Origin: an uncultured Acidobacteriota bacterium
GTDB taxonomy: Bacteria; Acidobacteriota; Vicinamibacteria; Vicinamibacterales; CAVVIG01
NCBI GenBank assembly: GCA_963718825.1
Contig: CAVQZZ010000001.1
Coordinates: 237,022 to 301,021 of the forward strand
DNA length: 64,000 nt
Direction: 5' to 3'
In this document: positions 1-10,046 of the stretch, in pieces
How the letters are laid out: each line of letters opens with the position of its first letter
Position numbering within the stretch: position 1 is the stretch's first letter
The notes under the pieces: generated by a model
The model's database searches: none
Told to the model about the DNA's origin: nothing
Seen by the model: the letters and a program-made list of their open reading frames with translations, nothing else
Made by a program: the position numbers and the translations under genes

Positions 1-432
1 CTCCGAGAGCGCAAGGAAGACCTGCCGCTGCTCATCCAGGCGTTCATCACCGAATTCAATCAGCGCAATCAGAAGAATATCGCCGGGGTCGATCATCAGG
101 CGATGCGTCTGCTCGAACACTACATGTGGCCGGGCAACGTGCGCGAGTTGAGAAACGTGATCGAGCGTGCGACGATTCTGGCGCCTGGGCCCTTCATCGA
201 AACCAAGCACCTACCGCCGGTTCTCAACGACGAGCGCCCCGCGCAGCATCAGCCGCAGGTGGCGCTCGCCCCGGGCACGACGGTGGAGGAAGCGGAGCGG
301 CGGCTGATTCTGATGACGCTCGAGCACACGCGCGACAACAAGACGCGCGCCGCCGAGATTCTCGGCATCAGCCTGAAGACGCTGCACAATAAGTTGAACA
401 AGCTGAGGCTGCGGCCAAAGAAGACGGAATAG
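1..432 (+). CDS. Sigma-54-dependent NtrC/Fis-family transcriptional activator, C-terminal part (5' end outside window)
   Basis: Frame 1 is open from base 1: LRERKEDLPLL...WPGNVRELRNVIERA (end of AAA+ domain) and NKTRAAEILGISLKTLHNKL (Fis-type HTH). Directly followed by a histidine kinase. Confidence 0.93.
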   Translation, partial: LRERKEDLPLLIQAFITEFNQRNQKNIAGVDHQAMRLLEHYMWPGNVRELRNVIERATILAPGPFIETKHLPPVLNDERPAQHQPQVALAPGTTVEEAERRLILMTLEHTRDNKTRAAEILGISLKTLHNKLNKLRLRPKKTE

Positions 433-433
433 A

Positions 434-475
434 CCACTAGCCACCAGCCACGAGCCACCAGCGACTAGCCACCGA
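434..475. repeat. Tandem heptamer array, CCACYAG-type, 6 units
   Basis: CCACTAG CCACCAG CCACGAG CCACCAG CGACTAG CCACCGA fills the intergenic gap. Confidence 0.85.
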
Positions 476-478
476 CTT

Positions 479-2332
479 ATGCGCTTAGGCATCAAAGGCA
501 AGCAGGTCTTCGGCGTGACCTCGATCGTTGGTGCGGTCGTCGTCGTGTTGAGCCTGCTGAACCTGGCGCGCCTGGGACGCGTCTCGCTCGAGGAGAGCGA
601 GGCGCGCGCGGACATGCTCGCGAAAGCCGTGTATCACCGGGCGCGGCAAGTGGTCGTCGAAGGCGTCGACCCGTACGTCGCACTGCGGAGCGATCCCGGT
701 CTGCGGTCCATTCTCGAATCCGCTCTCTATTCAAAGAATGTCACGTTCGCCGCGATCGTCGACACGAACAACATCGTGGTGACGCACGCGGACCGCTCCT
801 TCGAGGGACAGGTTCTCCCATCGGAGCCCGATCTGCCGACACAGCTCGCGCGGCCGGCGCTCGCCGAGCTCGTCGCGCTGTACACCGAACAGGGGCGCAA
901 CATCGAATACCGCCAGCCACTGCTCGTCGGCAACGTGCAGATCGGATCCATTCGGATCGGCGTGTCGACGCTGCTCATCCGGCAGGAGCTCGATGCTTCG
1001 CTCGGGCCCGCGGTCGCCACCGCATTCAGCGCGCTCGCCGTCGCGGTGCTCGTGGCGATGCTCCTGGCGCAGCTGCTGCTGCGTCCGATTCACGTCATCC
1101 GTTCGGGTTTGACGCGCCTCGGCAAAGGCGAATTCGGCGTGCGGCTCGAGCTCGATCAGGACGACGAGTTCGGCGAGCTCGGCACGTTTTTCAACACGAT
1201 GAGCGCGCAGCTGTCGGCGGATCGATCGCAGATGGCGGGACAGGTCGCGAATCTCGAATCGGCCGTCGAACACCTCGAGGACGCGGTGGCGATCGTCAGC
1301 CCGCGCGGCGATCTGCTGTTCGCCAACCCGGCGATGCGGACACTCGTGCCGAGCGCAAGGGTTGGCGTGTCGCTGAACGACGTGATTCCGGCGGACCACG
1401 GGCTCCGGCGCCTCGCCGAACAGACGCTCATGAGCCGTCAGTCGCGCGGCCCCGTGTCGGCCACATTCGAGTCGGGTGATCGTCTGGTGATGACCCACGC
1501 CGTCAATGATCCGAACGGTCAGCTCGTCGGGGTGATGCTGATTGCCCGCAACCTCGAATACTTGAGTGAAGTGCAGTCCACGATCCGGTATTCGCGAAAG
1601 CTCGCCGCGCTCGGACGGCTGTCGGCCGGCGTCGCGCACGAGGTGAAGAATCCGCTGAATGCGATGATGATTCATCTCGAGCTGCTTCGACAGCAGTTCG
1701 CGTCCACGGTGCGCCCGGCGCGGGCCGCGGTCGCGGGCGCAGGCCGCGCGGTCGTCACGGTCGCCGCGGGGCCGGTGACGGTTGAACCGGCACAGGCGCT
1801 GGCGCACCTCGACATCATCTCGAGCGAAATCAAACGGCTCGACGAAGTCGTGCAAGGCTTTCTGAAATTCACGCGGCCCGAGGATCTCAAGCTGCAGCCG
1901 GTTCAGCTCTCCGCGCTCTTCGACGAGATCGTTCCCATCGTCAGGCCGGAAGCGGAACGCTCGGGCGTCGAGCTGATTGTGGACAGCGCCAAGGCGCCCG
2001 ACGTCAACGGCGATCCGGCGATGCTGCGCCAGGCGTTCCTGAACCTCGCGCTCAACGCGTGCCAGGCGATGCCGAATGGCGGAACCCTGCGGATCACCTG
2101 CGAAGGGCTGCGCGGCCGCAAGGTTGCGATCTCGTTCGCCGACACAGGCGTCGGCATTAAGCCGGAGCACCTGCAGCGGATCTTCGATCTGTATTTCACG
2201 ACGAAGGAAAAGGGGAGCGGCATCGGATTGTCGATGGTGTATCGCACCGTGCAGATGCACGACGGCGACATCGAGGTGCAGTCGACGCCTGGGTCGGGAA
2301 CGACGTTCCGCGTGCAGCTGCCGCAAGCCTAG
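479..2332 (+). CDS. Membrane sensor histidine kinase (periplasmic sensor, HAMP, PAS-like, HisKA, HATPase)
   Basis: Two TM segments, HAMP (RPIHVIRSGLTRLGKGEF...DEFGEL), H-box AHEVKNPL, N-box NLALNACQAM, DTGVGI, YFTTK, GSGIGL. Confidence 0.95.
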   Translation: MRLGIKGKQVFGVTSIVGAVVVVLSLLNLARLGRVSLEESEARADMLAKAVYHRARQVVVEGVDPYVALRSDPGLRSILESALYSKNVTFAAIVDTNNIVVTHADRSFEGQVLPSEPDLPTQLARPALAELVALYTEQGRNIEYRQPLLVGNVQIGSIRIGVSTLLIRQELDASLGPAVATAFSALAVAVLVAMLLAQLLLRPIHVIRSGLTRLGKGEFGVRLELDQDDEFGELGTFFNTMSAQLSADRSQMAGQVANLESAVEHLEDAVAIVSPRGDLLFANPAMRTLVPSARVGVSLNDVIPADHGLRRLAEQTLMSRQSRGPVSATFESGDRLVMTHAVNDPNGQLVGVMLIARNLEYLSEVQSTIRYSRKLAALGRLSAGVAHEVKNPLNAMMIHLELLRQQFASTVRPARAAVAGAGRAVVTVAAGPVTVEPAQALAHLDIISSEIKRLDEVVQGFLKFTRPEDLKLQPVQLSALFDEIVPIVRPEAERSGVELIVDSAKAPDVNGDPAMLRQAFLNLALNACQAMPNGGTLRITCEGLRGRKVAISFADTGVGIKPEHLQRIFDLYFTTKEKGSGIGLSMVYRTVQMHDGDIEVQSTPGSGTTFRVQLPQA

Positions 2333-2336
2333 TTCG

Positions 2337-2973
2337 ATGGACGACATGCAACGAGCGGCCGACGAACACACGAGCAGGCGACGCCGCGGGCGTCTGCCGC
2401 GCGCCTGTGCGCGTGCTGGATTCTGGAGTGGCCTGTCGATTTGCGGATTGACTCTCGTCGGGTGCACGCATACGCAGGCGAAGACCGTGCCCGATACGCC
2501 GCTCGAGATGCCCGCGCCGCCGCCGCGCAACGTGGAACCGGTGGACGTGGAAACGCCTCAGCCAGTACCGCTGCCGGAGGAACCGGCGCGGCGCGCGCCG
2601 CCGCGACGTCCGCCGCCGCCTCGACCTGAACCGAAAGCCGACGTCAAACCCGAGCCGCCGAAGCAGGACACGCCGCCCGTCGATCCGCCGAAGCCGGTCG
2701 AGGAGACGCCCAAGCCTCCGACGCTTCAGATGACGCCGGCGGCGAACGAAGCCGAGCTCGAGCGATCCATTCGCGTCCACGCTGGCGCGCGCCAACACCG
2801 ATCTCAAGCGCGTGGATTTCGGCCGGTTGAACACGGACGCGAGAACGCAGTACGACTTCGCCAATCGGTACATCCAGCAGGCGGAGGACGCGCTCAGCAA
2901 AAAAAATCTGGTATTCGCTGAAGCGTTCGCGAAGAAGGCCGCCGACATCGCCGTTCAGCTCGCAGGCAAATAG
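2337..2973 (+). CDS. Proline-rich putative lipoprotein with C-terminal helical domain (one +1 frameshift near 2772)
   Basis: Hydrophobic stretch ending in lipobox-like LVGC, then about 90 aa of Pro-rich linker. After the frameshift the frame reads STLARANTDLKRVDFGRLNTDARTQYDFANRYIQQAEDAL...QLAGK* (TAG 2971-2973). Confidence 0.7.
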
Positions 2974-3071
2974 ACGGGGCCCTTGGTAGCCAGCTACTCA
3001 TTTGCCTGAACCGTACTGCCCACACTGCGCGTTCGAACACACTGATTGCCCGCTTCGGGCGCGAATTCGCG

Positions 3072-3087
3072 TGGCACCACGCTTGCT
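3072..3087 (+). promoter_or_regulatory. Sigma-54 (-24/-12) promoter
   Basis: TGGCAC-CACGC-TTGCT matches the TGGCAC-N5-TTGCW consensus with exact GG-N10-GC spacing; it lies just downstream of an NtrC-type activator operon. Confidence 0.8.
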
Positions 3088-3097
3088 CTTTAGGAGG

Positions 3098-3192
3098 TCA
3101 CCTCGTTCTTCTCGCAACCTGCGGGAGGACAAACGACCTTCTAACACCCTGCCTGTGCACCACGGGAGGCCGCCGAAAGGCAGCCTCCCACC
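3098..3192 (+). ncRNA. Candidate sigma-54-dependent small RNA or structured leader
   Basis: No credible ORF. Hairpin GTTCTTCTCGCA-ACC-TGCGGGAGGAC (3105-3130) and hairpin GGGAGGC-c-GCC-GAAA-GGC-a-GCCTCCC (3164-3189, GNRA loop). No U-tract after the last hairpin. Confidence 0.4.
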
Positions 3193-3201
3193 TGCCTAGT
3201 C

Positions 3202-3249
3202 CAGCCACATCTTGCGAGTGCCCTAAAACAGAGGCACAATATATGGTGT
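3202..3249 (+). promoter_or_regulatory. Tandem NrdR boxes
   Basis: CAGCCACATCTTGCGA (3202-3217) and GCACAATATATGGTGT (3234-3249) match the acaCwAtATaTwGtgt consensus, start 32 bp apart, and lie upstream of a ribonucleotide reductase. Confidence 0.88.
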
Positions 3250-3257
3250 TTACGCGC

Positions 3258-3286
3258 TTGACAAACCGGCGGGCCGGGCTCATATT
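3258..3286 (+). promoter_or_regulatory. Sigma-70-type promoter of nrdJ
   Basis: TTGACA (3258-3263), 17 bp spacer, CATATT (3281-3286), adjacent to the second NrdR box. Confidence 0.7.
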
Positions 3287-3460
3287 TGTCCGCCGAGTCC
3301 AACACAGCGAGCCGCGCCGGAATGCTCCCAGCGTCCTGCGTTTCGCTCGAAGATCCGGGCTCGAAGCGGCCAGTTTTTCCATATAAGTTCGACGCGTCTC
3401 GTGGGCCGGTGAAGGTCATCGATCCGAGGCCGGGCCTCGGAGTAAACGGAGTTGAGTCAA

Positions 3461-6329
<2,869 letters not shown>

Positions 6330-6331
6330 AC

Positions 6332-6390
6332 GTGGTGGCTGGTGGCTAGTGGCTGGTGGCTGGTGGCTGGAGCAACCACTAGCCGCTAAC
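6332..6390. repeat. Heptamer array CTGGTGG x6 followed by 2 inverted units
   Basis: GTGGTGG CTGGTGG CTAGTGG CTGGTGG CTGGTGG CTGGAGC aa CCACTAG CCGCTAA; reverse complement of the 434-475 unit. Confidence 0.85.
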
Positions 6391-6418
6391 CGTGGGTGGG
6401 GTACGTTAGCATCTGGCC

Positions 6419-7846
6419 ATGAACCGACATCTGCTCGGGTCGTTCGTGGCCACCGCCTTCTTGGCGACGACGGCTGTCGTCGCGCAGCAGCCGGCGAGTA
6501 ATCCAAACGCACGGCAGAACTTCGTCAAGATCGACTCGCCAGTCGTCGTCCTCACGCACGTGCGCGTGATCGACGGCACCGGCGGACCAGCCCGCGAGAA
6601 CCAGACGATCGTCGTTCGCGACGGCAGGATCGCCGACGTGAACGACACGCCTCGAGTCACGCTCCCGGCTGGCGCCAACATCATCGACCTGGCGGGTCGC
6701 ACCGTGATCCCGGGTCTCGTGATGATGCACGAGCATCTCTACTACACCGCAGGCGCCGGCGTGTACGGCCAGTACGGCGCCAGCTTCGTGCGGCTGTATC
6801 TCGCCGGCGGCGTCACGACCATGCGGACGGCCGGCAACACCAACGGCATCATGGACATGAACCTCGCGCGCCGGATCGACGCGGGCGACCTGGCGGGTCC
6901 CGCCATCGACGCCACCGGGCCGTACCTGAACGGCCCGAACACGCAGCTGCAGATGCATGCCCTCGCCGACGCGGCTGACGCACGGCGCCAGATCGCGTAC
7001 TGGGCCGATATGGGCGCGACCTCGTTCAAGGCCTACATGCAGATCACGCGCGACGAGCTGAAGGCGTCGATCGACGAGGCGCACAAGCGCGGCCTGAAGC
7101 TCACCGGCCATTTGTGTTCGGTCACGTACGCTGAAGCCGCCGATCTCGGCATCGACAACCTCGAGCACGGCTTCATGGCGTCCACTGATTTCGTCACCGA
7201 CAAGAAGCCGGACGAATGTCCCGGGCAAGCGAAGGGGCAGCAGACGATCGCGGCTCTCGACGAGAACGGCGCCCCGTTCAAGGCGCTCGTCAAGAAGCTC
7301 GTCGACAAACATGTCGCGCTGACGTCGACGATGACCGTGTTCGAGACGTTTACTCCGGGACGTCCAATGCCGCGCGGCCTCGATGTGCTGGTTGCGCCGC
7401 TCCGCGAACAGTTTCAGCGCGCGTACGATCGCGTGCAGCAGAATCAGCCGTCGCTCTACAAGACGCTTTTTCCGAAGGGCATGGCGCTCGAGCGCGCGTT
7501 CGCGAAGGCCGGCGGTCTGCTGACTGCCGGCACGGATCCGACCGGCTCCGGCGGCGTCATCCCGGGGTTCGCCGATCAGCGTGAGATCGAGCTCCTCGTC
7601 GACGGCGGGTTCAGCCCGGTTGAAGCGATCTCGATCGCCACGCTGAACGGCGCGAAATACCTCGGACGCGACGCGAAGATCGGGACCATCGCCACCGGCA
7701 AACAGGCCGACCTCGTCGTCGTGAACGGCGATCCGTCACGGACGGTTGAAGACATCCGTCGCGTCGAAACAGTATTCAAGGCCGGCGTGGGATACGATCC
7801 GGTGAAGCTGGTTCAATCGGTCTCCGGCCAGGTCGGCATTTGGTAG
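6419..7846 (+). CDS. Secreted metal-dependent amidohydrolase family protein
   Basis: Signal peptide, IDLAGRTVIPGLVMMHEH (HxH), SFKAY, TGH, LEHG, AGTD, GKQADLVVV. Confidence 0.9.
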   Translation: MNRHLLGSFVATAFLATTAVVAQQPASNPNARQNFVKIDSPVVVLTHVRVIDGTGGPARENQTIVVRDGRIADVNDTPRVTLPAGANIIDLAGRTVIPGLVMMHEHLYYTAGAGVYGQYGASFVRLYLAGGVTTMRTAGNTNGIMDMNLARRIDAGDLAGPAIDATGPYLNGPNTQLQMHALADAADARRQIAYWADMGATSFKAYMQITRDELKASIDEAHKRGLKLTGHLCSVTYAEAADLGIDNLEHGFMASTDFVTDKKPDECPGQAKGQQTIAALDENGAPFKALVKKLVDKHVALTSTMTVFETFTPGRPMPRGLDVLVAPLREQFQRAYDRVQQNQPSLYKTLFPKGMALERAFAKAGGLLTAGTDPTGSGGVIPGFADQREIELLVDGGFSPVEAISIATLNGAKYLGRDAKIGTIATGKQADLVVVNGDPSRTVEDIRRVETVFKAGVGYDPVKLVQSVSGQVGIW

Positions 7847-7853
7847 AGGGCCC

Positions 7854-8144
7854 ATGAAGTGTTTTGCGCTGATGTATGACGTCGTCGACGGATTTAGCGA
7901 CAAGCGGACGCCCTATCGCGACGCGCATCTGAAGCTGGTGCGCGATGCGAACGGACGCGGCGAGCTCGTCATCGCGGGCGCGATCGGCGATCCGGCGGAC
8001 GGTGCACTCCTGATCTTCCGTTCCGCGGATGCGTCGGTCGCGGAAGCATTTGCGCGCCACGACCCGTATGTCATCAACGGCCTGGTGAGAAACTGGCGCG
8101 TGAAGCCGTGGAATCTGGTGCTCGGCTCCGATCCGACGAAGTAA
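7854..8144 (+). CDS. YciI-like protein
   Basis: RTPYRDAHL, GELVIAGA, GALLIF and FARHDPYVINGLV are typical YCII features. Confidence 0.85.
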   Translation: MKCFALMYDVVDGFSDKRTPYRDAHLKLVRDANGRGELVIAGAIGDPADGALLIFRSADASVAEAFARHDPYVINGLVRNWRVKPWNLVLGSDPTK

Positions 8145-8152
8145 TCGCGCGA

Positions 8153-8452
8153 ATGTGGTCGGCGCGTGCGACCGCCACCGGTGCGTCGCGCTATGTCGAT
8201 TACTTTCGCGCGCAGGTGCTGCCGGAGCTCACGGCGATCGCCGGCTACAAAGGCGCCAGCGTCCTCAGGCGCGAGCGAGGCAGTGACGTCGAGGTCGTCG
8301 TCATCACCCGCTGGGCGTCCATGGACGCCATCCGCGCGTTCGCCGGCGACACTGTCGACACCGCCGTAGTCCACGCCGCCGCCGCAGCTCTTCTTACCGA
8401 CTTCGACAAACACGTCACACACCATACCGTCGTGGTCACGGACGAACGGTAG
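8153..8452 (+). CDS. Antibiotic biosynthesis monooxygenase-like (dimeric alpha/beta barrel) protein; start uncertain
   Basis: (IAR)MW...YVDYF...GYKGASVLRR...VITRWASMDAIRAFAG pattern. Confidence 0.7.
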   Translation: MWSARATATGASRYVDYFRAQVLPELTAIAGYKGASVLRRERGSDVEVVVITRWASMDAIRAFAGDTVDTAVVHAAAAALLTDFDKHVTHHTVVVTDER

Positions 8453-8654
8453 TCGTCAGTCACCAGTCGTCGGTCTTCAGTCACAAGTCATCTGTCTTCA
8501 GTCTTAAGTCATTAGTCGTCAGTCGTCAGTCGTGCGTCATCGATCGTCAGTCACCTCGTCGCAATCAATGCTGTCGTCTTCGAGAGTTCATCGATCACTT
8601 AGACTGATGACTGCCGACTGCCGACTGCCGACTGACGACCGATGACTGAAGACT
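8451..8654. repeat. Large inverted heptamer array (AGTCnnC x about 15, spacer, GnnGACT x8)
   Basis: AGTCGTC AGTCACC AGTCGTC GGTCTTC AGTCACA... (8451-8555), then TTAGACT GATGACT GCCGACT x3 GACGACC GATGACT GAAGACT (8599-8654). Confidence 0.9.
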
Positions 8655-10021
8655 CCCCGTTCCCTCCCGGGCCGAAGCCGTCGCTGCTGAGCACCCTGGT
8701 GTATCGGCCGGGGCGAAATCCGCTGGAGTTTTTTGCGAACATCGCCCGCACCTACGGCGACCTCGCGCATGTCCGGCTCGGCGGCGAGCACGTCTTCGTC
8801 GTCAGCGATCCGCGGGTCATCAAGGACATTCTGATGACCCACAACCAGAACTTCACAAAGAGCCGCGGCCTCGAGCGCACCAAGCGCGTGCTCGGCGAAG
8901 GGCTTCTCACGAGCGAAGGGCGCGGTGCATCTGCGGCAGCGGCGGCTGATGCAGCCGGCGTTCCATCGCGAGCGCGTCGCCAGCTACGCGACGACGATGG
9001 TGGACTATGCCGATCGGCAGCGGCAATCGTGGAGCGACGGTGCGACGCTCGACATGGCGCAGGAGATGAATCGCCTCACGCTGTCGGTCGTCGGCAAGAC
9101 GCTGTTCGACGCCGACGTCGGCCTCGCAGGCGCGCGAGGTGGGCGATGCGCTCACCGGCGTCATGGAATCGTTCTGGACGCTGATGCTGCCGTTTTCGCA
9201 CGTGATCGAGCGGCTGCCGCTGCCGCGGATGCGGCGAAGCCGGCAGTCGCGCGACGCGTCTCGACGCGATCATCTACGGCCTGATCCGCGAGCGCCGCGC
9301 CAGCGGCAGCGACCGGGGCGACCTGCTGTCCATGCTGCTGCTCGCGCAGGACGATGAGGACAAGGGCCGCGGGATGACCGATCGCCAGGTGCGCGACGAG
9401 GCGATGACGATTTTTCTCGCCGGGCACGAGACGACTGCGAACGCGCTGATGTGGACGTGGTACCTGCTCTCGCAGGCGCCGGCGGCGCAGCTGCGGCTGC
9501 ACGAGGAGATTGACCGCGTGCTCGGCGGTCGTCTCGCGACGGTTGCCGACATCGCGTCGCTTCCGTACGTCGAGCGGGTCGTGACCGAATCGATGCGGCT
9601 GTTTCCGCCGGCCTGGATCATCGGGCGCCGCGCGATCGATCCGTATCCGATCGACGGCTACGTCGTGCCCGCACGATCGATTCTGATCATGAGCCAATGG
9701 ATCGTTCACCGCGATGCGCGCTACTACCCCGAGCCGGAGCGGTTCGATCCGGACCGCTGGACGCCGGAGTTCAAGGCGTCCATTCCCCAGTTCGCGTACT
9801 TTCCCTTCGGCGGCGGGCCGCGGCGATGCATCGGCGAGTCGTTCGCGTGGATGGAGCTGATGCTCATCGTCGCCACGCTCGCGCAGCAGTGGCAATTCGA
9901 GCTCGTCCCCGATCATCCCGTCGTGCCGCAGCCGCTCATCACACTGCGCGCCAAACATGGGATGAAGATGATTGCCAGAAGGCGAAGCCAGCAGTCACCA
10001 GTCGTCCGTCGCCAGTCGTAA
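8642..10021 (+). CDS. Cytochrome P450 (three +1 frameshifts near 8920, 9121, 9255)
   Basis: Stitched frames give [28 protein letters not shown]-helix [13 protein letters not shown] (ExxR), PERFDPDRW and heme motif [10 protein letters not shown]. Confidence 0.93.
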
Positions 10022-10022
10022 G
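9986..10022. repeat. Heptamer array AGTCnnC x5 overlapping the P450 3' end
   Basis: AGCCAGC AGTCACC AGTCGTC CGTCGCC AGTCGTA AG; supplies the TAA stop. Confidence 0.75.
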
Positions 10023-10046
10023 CTCGATGAAAACGTGGCTGGCGGC

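Noticed and set aside
3290-3460. Cobalamin riboswitch upstream of the B12-dependent nrdJ
   Set aside because: The conserved elements (GGGAA, GCCCCCGC-ACTGT, B12 box) are not recognisable.
8451-8654. CRISPR array
   Set aside because: Units are 7-bp tandem repeats without unique spacers, and there are no cas genes.
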